NCBI GenBank assembly: GCA_963760795.1
Contig: CAVXEP010000013.1
Location: 224,001 to 288,000, forward strand
Reading direction: 5' to 3'
Length of the DNA stretch: 64,000 nucleotides
Origin: an uncultured delta proteobacterium
Lineage (GTDB): Bacteria > Desulfobacterota > Binatia > UBA9968
Position 1 is the first letter of the stretch; each line of letters opens with the position of its first letter. The notes below the pieces were generated by a model, which was given only the letters and a program-made list of their open reading frames with translations, was not told where the DNA came from and ran no database searches. Both the position numbers and the translations under genes were made by a program. Below are positions 30,556-39,889 of this stretch, in pieces.

Positions 30556-32172
30556 ATGTTCCTCATATTGAAGAAGTTTAGTCTGAGGGTAATTATCCCG
30601 AGCGTTTCCCTGATCATACTTGTGAACCTGCTTCTTTCAGAGTCCCATGAAAGTAATCCGCATAAACGCATCGAAGAGGCGTTGGCCTCGGGGAATTATG
30701 ACCTCGCAAAGGCGGAATACCGAAAGCTGATTCAGGACAACTTCTTCAAGGTCGAGTATCACAGAGGCTATATTCGTAGCCATCTCAGGCTATCTGAGCG
30801 GACAACCCGCCCGTCCAGGCGAGACAATCAGGACATAATAGAGGGGTATCGGCGCTACGCTTCGGCGAGTGCTCCCGAAGTGTCTGATATCGGCTACTAC
30901 GGACTCGGCTTTTTCTACGGTCTTCAGACCGACGACGAGCGGGCACGTGAGAATTTTCTGCACGTTCGGAATACACGACTCCCCTACCTGAACTATTCTC
31001 TTGGAGCCATCTATAGCAGGACGGGTCGTCGCGATCTCGCGAAGCAACACTTCGATCGAGAGATCCAACTTGGAGGCATTGTCACCGGAGCGTATTCGAA
31101 CCTCGCTGTGCTGCTTTTCGCAACAAAGCAGTACAGTGAGCTCAAGCAAATTGCTGCGCGTCCTGAAGCAAAAAACTCTATCCCATTGGATATCCGACGC
31201 TTACTTGCGCTACGAGAGGGGAGGTATGCGGACTACGTACGGGAAGTTTTGGGTTTCCACGGCGTAACCACCTACGGTCTTCTCGGCGCTGTGCTGATAC
31301 TTGGCGCGTGGTTTGTCTATCTCCAGCAGATCGAGGTGTTCGAGCCGAAACGCCTTTGGTTCGGCGGGATAATCCTGGCCGGAGGGATGATTTTTTCTTG
31401 CTTTGCGCTCCCGCTCTACGATTTTGCCTTCGGATTCCGCCCCAATCTCACAAACCTGAGCGATCTCCTTTTTTATATGTTTTTAGGCGTGGGACCGATT
31501 GAGGAAGTACTAAAAATTCTTCCTATGCTCCTGCTCATGTGGTTGACCCCTGCGCTCGAAAAGCCAGTGAACTACATTATCTACGGCTCTATATCGGCGC
31601 TAGGATTCGCCTTCATGGAAAACCTGCGCCCTTCCTATGAATGGAGACTCGGAGCAGTCTCCACGCGCGCCTCTGGCGCTGTCATCCTGCACATGACACA
31701 GACATCATTAGTTATGTACGGCCTCTTCTACAGCAGGTACCGCGTCAAGAAAAAGCCGTTTCAGTACTTTCTCCTCGCTCTTTTAGCAGCATGCGTCCTT
31801 CATGGGACTATTGATTTCTTATTGTTCAAGGGCTGGGGCGTTCTCTGTCTTCCAATACTGATTTATGTCATCCGCCAGTACGGTATCTTTATCAATTGCA
31901 CCCTGAACCTGTCCGACGGTAATCCGGACCAGCCAAAGCGACAGCTCGATCTCACCGAGTATCTCTGCTATTCGCTGGCGGCCATCGTTATCCTCCAGTA
32001 TGTCGCAATGGCTGTGAAGTACGGCCCCAGCAATGCCAACTCGGCTTTCCTCGGGACAGCATTTCTCTCGTTTTTTTTGCTATGCGTGATTTTGGTAAAC
32101 CTCGGGAGCTTCGACATACAAAAACGGCAATGGTTGCCACTGCTGAGGAGGAAAGCAACCTCAGAAATATGA
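30556..32172 (+). CDS. PrsW-family glutamic intramembrane metalloprotease with N-terminal TPR-like region
   Basis: VGPIEEVLK, GFAFMEN, ILHMTQT, VLHGTIDF motifs; TPR-like YYGLGFFY and YSLGAIY helices. Confidence 0.85.
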   Translation: MFLILKKFSLRVIIPSVSLIILVNLLLSESHESNPHKRIEEALASGNYDLAKAEYRKLIQDNFFKVEYHRGYIRSHLRLSERTTRPSRRDNQDIIEGYRRYASASAPEVSDIGYYGLGFFYGLQTDDERARENFLHVRNTRLPYLNYSLGAIYSRTGRRDLAKQHFDREIQLGGIVTGAYSNLAVLLFATKQYSELKQIAARPEAKNSIPLDIRRLLALREGRYADYVREVLGFHGVTTYGLLGAVLILGAWFVYLQQIEVFEPKRLWFGGIILAGGMIFSCFALPLYDFAFGFRPNLTNLSDLLFYMFLGVGPIEEVLKILPMLLLMWLTPALEKPVNYIIYGSISALGFAFMENLRPSYEWRLGAVSTRASGAVILHMTQTSLVMYGLFYSRYRVKKKPFQYFLLALLAACVLHGTIDFLLFKGWGVLCLPILIYVIRQYGIFINCTLNLSDGNPDQPKRQLDLTEYLCYSLAAIVILQYVAMAVKYGPSNANSAFLGTAFLSFFLLCVILVNLGSFDIQKRQWLPLLRRKATSEI

Positions 32173-32187
32173 GTCGAAGGGCCGCTG

Positions 32188-33270
32188 TCATTTGATTATC
32201 CTAGTCGCCCGCGCCAGAACCTCCGGCGCAATCGTCAAACCGATCTGTTTCGCCGTCTTGAGATTGATCACAAACTCGAACTTCATCGGCTGCTCCACCG
32301 GCAGGTCGGCGGGCTTGGCTCCCTTCAAAATCCTGTCGATGTAATATGCGACTCGCCGGTAGCTGTCCGCGAAGTCCGCTCCGTAGTACATCAGCCCACC
32401 CGCATCTACAAATTCGATGCTCTGGTACACCGACGGCAACCGGCTCTTTAACGCAAGGCCGACGATCCGTTTTGTGTTAGCACGCAAGACTGAGCCCGCG
32501 CTGGACACATAGAGTCCATCAGGGCGCTGTTTGCCCAACGCAGCGAATACCCTGTCGAAATCGTCCACAGTGCGTACCTCCCACGGCTGAAGAGTCAACT
32601 TCAGCGCACGCGCCGCCACTGGGAGAACTTCTTTCACCTCGCGTACGCTAGCCGGAGTTGACACACTGCCCGGATCGTAGAGAAACGCGACACGAGCAAG
32701 TTTGGGAACCGCTTCTTTGAGCAGCTCCAACCGCTTCCCGCCAAGTTCTTGGCTAAGGTTTGTAATGCCGGTGACGTTGCCGCCGGGACGGGCAAGGCTT
32801 TCAACGAAGCCTGCCTCGACAGGATCGACCCCTCCGCCCACCATAACGATGGGAATTGTCTTGGTGGCATTCATGGCCGCCAGGATCGGCCCACCCCCTC
32901 TTGCTACCACGATGATTTCGACCTTGAGATGCACCAGCTCGGCCGCAAGCTCGGGGATCCGATCGCGCTTCCCCTCCGCAAATCGGTATTCGGTGGCGAT
33001 GTTCTGTCCCTCGATGTAGCCGCGCTCGCGCAGGGCCAGCCGAATTGCCTCGGCACGGGCGGAGTCACTAACTGCATCGCCCGGCGATAGATACCCTATC
33101 CGCGGGACTTTCTTCGGCTGCTGAGACTCAACCCCGCCTTCCAATCCTACGAACGCGATAACGAGGGCGAGCAACCCTAGCCATTTTGGATCGCGGATTT
33201 TAATCCGCGGGGCCGCTTTTGGATTACCGGAAAAAGAATCGGAAACTCGCTTCGAAGCAATTATTTTCAT
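32188..33270 (-). CDS. Orphan ABC_sub_bind protein
   Basis: Intact; RIGYL, ESLARPGGNVTG, RATRIIK*. ATG at 33270; the ORF extension upstream is intron sequence. Confidence 0.92.
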   Translation of the reverse strand: MKIIASKRVSDSFSGNPKAAPRIKIRDPKWLGLLALVIAFVGLEGGVESQQPKKVPRIGYLSPGDAVSDSARAEAIRLALRERGYIEGQNIATEYRFAEGKRDRIPELAAELVHLKVEIIVVARGGGPILAAMNATKTIPIVMVGGGVDPVEAGFVESLARPGGNVTGITNLSQELGGKRLELLKEAVPKLARVAFLYDPGSVSTPASVREVKEVLPVAARALKLTLQPWEVRTVDDFDRVFAALGKQRPDGLYVSSAGSVLRANTKRIVGLALKSRLPSVYQSIEFVDAGGLMYYGADFADSYRRVAYYIDRILKGAKPADLPVEQPMKFEFVINLKTAKQIGLTIAPEVLARATRIIK

Positions 33271-33310
33271 GCGTCTTATTCCCCCATCCAAAATCGAAAA
33301 TCCAAAATTA

Positions 33311-33984
33311 ATCGCGGTAGGGACGGTCATTGCTGACCGCCCCCCGCACAGACCCGTACGTGCGGCGCTACCGCATACGGTTCTTACCTCGGATGTTGAC
33401 GTGCAAAGCTACACGTACACCCAGCAATCCGCGCGACCTGGCTACGAACGGTTTCCCGTCCGAGTTCCGGCTCTGTGTCCGGTCCAGTAGCGATTGCTCG
33501 GTGTTCTCCTTGGTCAGTCCCCTTCCCTCCGCCAACTCCGCAGGCAGCGCCACGCCGCCCTTGTTCGCTGGTTTCTTCGGTACTATGGAACTGTATGACT
33601 CCCCGTTAACGTGCATGTCGGGATTGTGGCCTCGCGCCTTCTCCGACCGTTCCGCTTCTGTTGTAGAAACGGAAGTCACCGGGGTCTCTCGGCTTCCGTG
33701 AGAAAAGTTTCCAACCGTGCCAGTGGTCTTTGACTCCGTGGGGGTCCCATCGAACTTGCCAATATCGCTCGACATGACTGTTGCCTTCCCCATATCAAGA
33801 TAAGGTCGGCCTCCACAAAAGGGTGTTTTCGGAGCTCAATACACCGCCCGGTTGTACCTCTGTGAACGCTTCGCCCTGCCGGTTGCCCGACACTGCGCAT
33901 CACTCGAGGCCAAGGCGACTGGCTAGGTCTTACCTCGTACGACTCTTTCATTCGCTACCTTCCTCCGGCTTTTGCCGACGCTTC
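33311..33984 (-). mobile_element. ORF-less group II intron (IEP internally deleted; resembles bacterial class E)
   Basis: Minus strand ends with domain V GAACCGTATGCGGTAGCGCCGCACGTACGGGTCTGTGCGGGGGGC and domain VI ...CCCTACCGCGAT. Starts GAAGCGTCGGCAAAAGCCGG. EBS1 CTTGAT (33794-33799) pairs with exon ATCAAG. Removing it restores GTCATCAAG-TAATTTTGG as at 16638. Confidence 0.88.
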
Positions 33985-34023
33985 CTTGATGACCTTATTC
34001 GCTCGCGTGAGCACCATCGGCGG
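33985..34023 (-). pseudogene. 3' remnant of an ABC_sub_bind gene (5' exon of the intron)
   Basis: PPMVLTRANKVIK, followed after the intron by TAA. Confidence 0.85.
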
Positions 34024-34098
34024 ATTTGCTCAGCCAAACGAATGCGCTTGACCTATGTCCCCCTTGCTCTTAGAATTCCCTCGTAGGAGGTTTTTCCA

Positions 34099-34317
34099 AT
34101 GAGAGCGATAAAAATCCATGTGCCAGATACCCTGCTGCGCAAGCTGCCTAAGAGCCAAGCCGAGAGAAAAGAAGTTGTAAGATTGGGACTGCAGCGCTTC
34201 ACTTCGCGTCGGCGCAAGAAAGCGCGTAGCGTTGTAGACGATACTTTTGCCGCGCTGGCCGTCCGAAACCATGCCAAAATAGAGCAGCTGATTGAGCAAA
34301 CAAAATATGGCGATTAG
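34099..34317 (+). CDS. Putative antitoxin of a PIN toxin
   Basis: 72 aa, RBS AGGAGG, ribbon-helix-like N-terminus; overlaps the PIN gene start. Confidence 0.7.
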   Translation: MRAIKIHVPDTLLRKLPKSQAERKEVVRLGLQRFTSRRRKKARSVVDDTFAALAVRNHAKIEQLIEQTKYGD

Positions 34318-34804
34318 ATCCCTGGAGGATGTCCCGGATGAATCAAATATTTTTGTTGATACCAATATTCTCATCTATCACCTGCTTGACGATGAGTTGT
34401 ATGGGGTCTCCTGCCGAGATTTTCTCAAGCGAGTGGAGACTGGCTCGGTCATAGCGTTAACTTCGCCCATTGTCGCTTCCGAAACTCTGTTCATTTATCT
34501 TCGCGCTTGGCTTATCAAAAACAAGAAGATCGCTCCCAAACGTGTCCTTCGTTATCTCAAGCGCCATCGAGCGGCGGTCAAGGAAGTGGACTTTCATAAG
34601 CCACTGGCTCTGCTCGCCCTCATGCGGATCCTTCCCCTTAGTAAGGACGTCATGCAGACCTCCTATGACTTGATGACGCGCTACCAATTGCTCCCTGCCG
34701 ATTCCATCGACGCCGCTCTTATTCGCCGCCACCATCTAGCGGCTCTGGCCACTCGCGACGACGACTTTGATCTTGTTGAGAGTCTCGATGTGTACAAGCC
34801 TTGA
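34307..34804 (+). CDS. vapC: PIN-domain VapC toxin
   Basis: IFVDTNILIY, S..VASE, LLPADSI, LATRDDDF. Confidence 0.9.
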   Translation: MAIRSLEDVPDESNIFVDTNILIYHLLDDELYGVSCRDFLKRVETGSVIALTSPIVASETLFIYLRAWLIKNKKIAPKRVLRYLKRHRAAVKEVDFHKPLALLALMRILPLSKDVMQTSYDLMTRYQLLPADSIDAALIRRHHLAALATRDDDFDLVESLDVYKP

Positions 34805-34817
34805 ATCGCGTTTTGTT

Positions 34818-34884
34818 GGCCGCTTTTGGATTTTCGATTGTCGGATCGAAGCCCGCTAATTGCAATCCGAAACTTCTTTGTCAT
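34818..34884 (-). pseudogene. 5' remnant of an ABC_sub_bind gene
   Basis: MTKKFRIAISGLRSDNRKSK plus its upstream leader is nearly identical to the start of the gene at 16592 (MTKKFRTAISWLRSDNPKS). Confidence 0.8.
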
Positions 34885-34944
34885 GTTCTAGCCCCCCCCA
34901 AAATCCACAATCGACAATTATTTATTTATGCCCCAGTCTATCAC

Positions 34945-35796
34945 TCACACTGGCTCCGGCAGCTCTTCGTTTTCAAAATCGATGACGATCTCCCAGCCGT
35001 GACGGGAAAACACTCGATGCGCTGCTTCGGTTCCTTCCAACTTCAGCCCGAGCTCTTCGGCCATCTTGAGAGCGTTGCCGGTGCGGCCGGGACGCAGTCT
35101 CAGGCGGTGTTTCTTTTCGCCAAGGTTGAAAACCCCGTCGACCAACTCATCGAGTCGCCAGGTCTGCGCGCAGCCCGCCGACGCGGCGCGGGCGAACATC
35201 TGCAACGGCAATCCCATTTTCTCCGCCAGCAACATGCCTTCGTAAATCGCCAGCTCGGACATCGCCTGCATCATCTGATTGATTTTCTTGCCCACCTGGC
35301 CGTTACCGTTGACGCCCAGGTAAGTGACCATCCTGCCGATTTGTTGGAGCACCGGCAGACAGCGCTGGTAGGCTTGATAACTGCCGCCGACAAAGAGCGT
35401 CAGGTTGCCGTTGGTGGCGCCGATGTCCGCGCCGCTCAGCGGCGCGTCGAGCATTTCAATGCCGCGCGCGCGCAATGCATCGGATACTTTGATCGCCAAC
35501 TCCTGCGAGGTGCTGCTGAGATCGACGAAGACCAACCCCGGGTTCTTCGCCGCAGCAATGCCGTCGGCGCCGCAGGCAACTTTCTCGACGTCGTCAGGCT
35601 GCAGCGACGCGAGGACAATGGTGGAACGTTCGGCAACTTCGCGCGGCGTCGCCGCCGTCGTCGCGCCTTCTTTGATGAGCCCCGCCATCCTGTCCGCGGC
35701 CAAATCGAGAATCGTCAACGGATAGCCGGCGCGCAACAGCCGCAACGCAATCGCGCCGCCCATATTACCCAAGCCGATAAAGCCGAGGCGTTCCAA
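34945..35796 (-). CDS. NAD(P)-dependent beta-hydroxyacid dehydrogenase (3-hydroxyisobutyrate DH family)
   Basis: LGFIGLGNMG, FVDLSST, MLDAPLSG, GNGQVGKKINQ. Confidence 0.9.
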   Translation of the reverse strand: MERLGFIGLGNMGGAIALRLLRAGYPLTILDLAADRMAGLIKEGATTAATPREVAERSTIVLASLQPDDVEKVACGADGIAAAKNPGLVFVDLSSTSQELAIKVSDALRARGIEMLDAPLSGADIGATNGNLTLFVGGSYQAYQRCLPVLQQIGRMVTYLGVNGNGQVGKKINQMMQAMSELAIYEGMLLAEKMGLPLQMFARAASAGCAQTWRLDELVDGVFNLGEKKHRLRLRPGRTGNALKMAEELGLKLEGTEAAHRVFSRHGWEIVIDFENEELPEPV

Positions 35797-36183
35797 AGGA
35801 GCGGTAAATTTTTATATTTTCATCGCTTTGGTCCCATCAAATTTGCAAATCTCCTCGGCTCGAGATTTCTCTCTCCGTTCGAAATGACAACGTTCACCCT
35901 TTGCGCCTTCGCGTCCCTGTCGACCTCGCTCAGGACAGACTTTGCGAGAGATAATCCGAGACTAACCGGTGCGCAAGCGCACCTCGAAACCTGTGGCGTT
36001 CGTATTACCATAGTTGAAAGCGCCGTAGAGGGCGGGTTTCAAACCCGCCAATACGAATCCCGATGCTTTTTTTGCGTACTTTGCGGTTAAGAATCCGATT
36101 CCTAATGGCGGGCTAGAAAGCCCGCCCGCCCTTATTTCTTTGTGCCCTTTGTGCCCTTTGTGGTTAAAATTCTTCTCCGCCGA

Positions 36184-37390
36184 TCAGATTTGCTCCGACT
36201 GCTGCTGCAACTCAGCCAGCAACGATTTCATTTCCTCTGGAACTGCGTCCACCGGATACTGTTCGACGCCGATGTCGAGATCGACCACGGCGAGATCCTC
36301 TTGCAGCACGCCCTTGGGCTTTTCGCCATTGGCGACCGCGGCGACGCCGTCGCGAATCATCTTGCGCAAAAGCAAAATAGCCCGGTCGCCGTAGCCGGGA
36401 TGTTCGAGAGTGCGGTCGACGATGGCGCCTTGGCTTTCCACCATCGCTTTGTCTTCCAACGGCACGTTGCCGCGGATCTCGCCGTAGAAACGCCGGTCAT
36501 AAGATTTTCTCTCGCGCTGTTTCGCCTGCTTGACGTAGCCGCCGTGATAGCTTTTTTCCTCGGGGGTCTCGGGATAGACCGTGATGCGCATCTCCTCGCA
36601 ATGAGTGTCATCGATGGGAATCACCCAGATCGCCTGCTGTAACGTCACCGTCTGCTCGCCCGGATTTTTCGGGTAAAGTTCACGGGATTTACGATTGATC
36701 GTCGGCAGCACTGTGCATCTCTTGCGCAGTGCGATGTGATTAGGCTTTGCCCGCGGATCGAGGATGTAAAGTTTCACGCCGTACTCGCCTTCCACCGGTT
36801 TAAAAGCGGGACAATTTTTGTAGATACCATGCAGATAGGTCAGATGCGTCGTGTCGGTGGTATTTTCGACGCCCTGGAGCCAGTTACAGTGATAAGCTTT
36901 ACCGGCTTCGGCGTCGCCCCGTTCGACGACCCGGTAGCCGTCTTGTATCAGCACGTCGTACCTTGGCAGCGGCGGTGGGCTGTCCGTTCCCAAGTAGGCA
37001 AAGACAAATCCGCCGAGTTCTTGGACGGGATACCAAGGATGGCGAATATTCGGCGCGCTCTTGATCGGCTCGGCAGGCCGGTCGACCACATTGCCGCGGC
37101 GGTCGTAGCACCAGCCATGATAGGCGCAGCGAATGCCGTCGGCTTGAATGATGCCGTATTCCAGTGACGCGCGCCGATGCGAGCAGTAGGCGCCAAGCAG
37201 CACGAGCGCACCGGAGAGATCTCTGAACAGCACTAGCTCCTCGCCGAGAATCTTCACCGGTACGGGAATATCCTTAACCTCTTCCGACAAGCGCCACCGG
37301 CCACCAAAAGCAGCGCAAGTAATTGCCGCCCGGCGTGCCTGGCCCGACGCGAACGACTTCATCCCAGGTAAGATCGCTTGGTTTGATCAT
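36184..37390 (-). CDS. Rieske oxygenase large subunit, frameshift near 37290
   Basis: Likely N-terminus MIKPSDLTWDEVVRVGPGTPGGNYLRCFWWPVAL from ATG 37390; CSH...CAYH; ENTTDTTHLTYLH. Confidence 0.88.
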
Positions 37391-37608
37391 AAGCCTGTCT
37401 CCTCTTCAGCGACAATCACTCTTTCACCACGAAGGCACGAAGGACACGAAGTTTTCGGACATTTAAAACTCCGACCTTCGTGCATCTTCGTGTCCTTCGT
37501 GGTGAACAGGTCCCTTTCCGAACTTTCGCCCCCTTTGCGTTCTTTGCGGCCATTCTCGGCATCCGAATCTTCTTCCGCCAACGATTTGACCGGCTGGAAC
37601 AAGTTTGC

Positions 37609-38735
37609 TTATTTGTTCGCCATCTCACTGACCAAATCCGTGATCGCCCGATCGGTCCCACACCGCCGGTCCCCAGAGCCGGATATAGTTCACGCCCTTT
37701 TGCCGCTGCGCCCAGGCCGGCAGATGCTCTTTCGGAATATCTTCGCGCAGCGAATTATAGCCGGGCTCGCCAGCACCGGTTTTCTGCACGGCCATCTGTC
37801 CTTCGCGCGAGAGAAACCAATTGATCAGCACCTTGGCCGCGTTGGGATGCGGCGCTTTGTTGGCGAGCGCGATCATGGTGCCGCCGGCTTCCAAACCGAC
37901 GCCATCTTTTTTCATCACGTGAGCATCGAGCACCTCGACGGGCAGCCCCTTGCTTTTGGCTTCTTCGAGCTGCTCCGGTTTAGCCGTAATCGCCAGGGGA
38001 AACCTACCCGAGGCGATCCAATCGAGTCTGCTGTCCCTCGTTACGGATCAGCGTCAGGCCGGCCACGGTGAAAAGCTTTTTGATGAATTCCGGTCCCAGC
38101 TGCGGGTTGTGGTAGAGAAACAGCAAGGGACTGGCGCCGCCCGGATCGCGCGGGTCTTTGAGGGTGATCTTGCCTTTCCATCTTGGATCCAACAGATCGG
38201 CGTAGGCGCGCAGGCTTTGGCCGTCGACGAGTTTCGGATTGTAACCGAGCAGGTGCAACGGGAAGGCGGCGTAGATAAACACATACTGGTTGTCGACATC
38301 GTTGTAGTGATGCCGTCCCTCGAGCCACTTCGATGCATCTTTGACTTCCGGCAGCATGAACGCGGCGCCGATCGGGTCGAGCGCCTTGGCTTTGTACAGC
38401 GACGTGCTGGTGCCGCCGCCGAGCCGCACCACGTCGGCGAGAAATTTTCCCGCGCGCCGCTCGGCCAGCAGTCGCTGCAAATGTTGCGCAGCCGTGGCTT
38501 GAACTAAGTTGACTTTGATTCTCGGATACTTTTTTTGAAACGCATGCCACTCCGAATCGCTGGAGATCTTGTAGACCACCACCTGCCCTTCCTGCTCGGC
38601 GGCTTTGACCGTCCGCTCCCATTCGCTGTCAGGAGCTGCGGGGGGTTCCGCCGAGCGCCCGGGCCGCGGCGCCAACAGTACGAGGTGGAGAACCAACAGC
38701 GCCAGTAGTTTAACCCGCGGGCCTTGATGGATCAT
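37609..38735 (-). CDS. ABC extracellular solute-binding protein (FbpA/TbpA-like), frameshifted in the 3' third
   Basis: LAERRAGKFLAD; APHPNAAKVLINWFLSREGQ in the downstream frame; probable stop after ...SEMANK at 37609. Confidence 0.85.
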
Positions 38736-38760
38736 CGAGGGTCCTCCTTAAGAAAGCCGC

Positions 38761-39773
38761 TCAGAGATCGAGCGTGGCCGGCGCGAACAGTTCCTCGATT
38801 TTCGGTTTCTGCGGAATCAAGCCCTGCTCATGGGAGTAGTCGATGATGGTTTCGAGCATCGGCCGGTTCGCCTTGAGGCCGTAGGGGAAAGGATCGTCGC
38901 CGAGAATCTCTTTGGTTTTGGCGAGATATTCGCGGCCGAAAAACAGTCCCGACGGCAGGCTTTCGCTGAGGCGATCTTGGTAGACTTGCTTCGCGCTGAC
39001 AAACGCCTTGTACAGATTGAACGCCAGCCAGGGATATTTTCTGTCGACATCGCCGCGGATGGCGTACGCATGATTCGCCGGCACATAGCCATGCTGCTTG
39101 ATGAACCGGGCCGCTTCGGCCATGCGGTCGGGAAACAGCGGCTTGACCTTGCTCCAGTCGCCGCCCTGGGCGCGGATATGGGTCGAGCGGTCGATGATGT
39201 TCGATTCGCGCGAAAAAGCCCGGGTCACCGAGGCGACATCGATCTCGTGGTTGACCAGCATCGATGCGATACTTTTGTCAGGGGGGATCTTGTGGAAGGC
39301 GATTCCCTTAGGCGGGGTAAAGCCGGTGGCGCCGCCATGGCTCAACTCATCGGTGCGCTCCATGTACCAATCGACCTTGTACTGCGACACACCGAAGTCA
39401 TGTTCCAGCGTGCCGCGCACCCAGAGCGAGGCGGTCTGCTGGTATTCGCCGACGCCGATGCGCTTGCCGGTTACATCTCCCGGCGCCCGGATTCCGGAAT
39501 CGACGTGATAGGAAAGCTCCGCGTGCATGAAGCGGCGCGACGGGAAGACCGGGATCGCCACGAAATCCATGCCGCGCGATCTGGCGATCAGATAGGACGA
39601 CAGCGACATCTCCGAGATTTCAAATTCCTGAAACTTGAGCTGGCGCCAAAAAGTTTCCGACGGATCGGAATAGGTCGGCATCAGCTCGACCCCTTCAGGT
39701 TGGATGCTGCCATCCATCAAAGGTTGGACGCGCTCGTTGAACGCCGAAACAAAACTCAATCTAGTCGCGGCAT
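38761..39773 (-). CDS. 4,5-dihydroxyphthalate decarboxylase-like protein (OphC/Pht5 family, SBP-type fold)
   Basis: PSETFWRQL, SEMSLSSY, AIPVFPSRRF, GKRIGVGEYQQTA..W.RG, DPFPYGL.ANR, EQGL. ATG 39773 with GGAGG RBS needs a 1-nt correction. Confidence 0.8.
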
Positions 39774-39889
39774 GAAACCTCCGGTTTCGGTTCAAAGTTC
39801 AAGGGTTCAAGGTCGGAGCGCCTTCCGAGTTCCGAACCTTGAACTTTTGAACGCTTGAACCTTTGAACAGAAGTAGTCGCGCGGCGCGA

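Noticed and set aside
33330-33951. ORFs 33368-33793, 33676-33951 and 33330-33701 as proteins
   Set aside because: They are translations of intron RNA domains; no RT motifs such as YADD.
34801-36090. 429-aa plus-strand ORF and other long antisense ORFs (1317-2231, 4940-5875, 9210-10106, 12743-13666, 38830-39858)
   Set aside because: Shadow ORFs opposite well-supported genes, expected from high-GC codon bias; no recognisable motifs.
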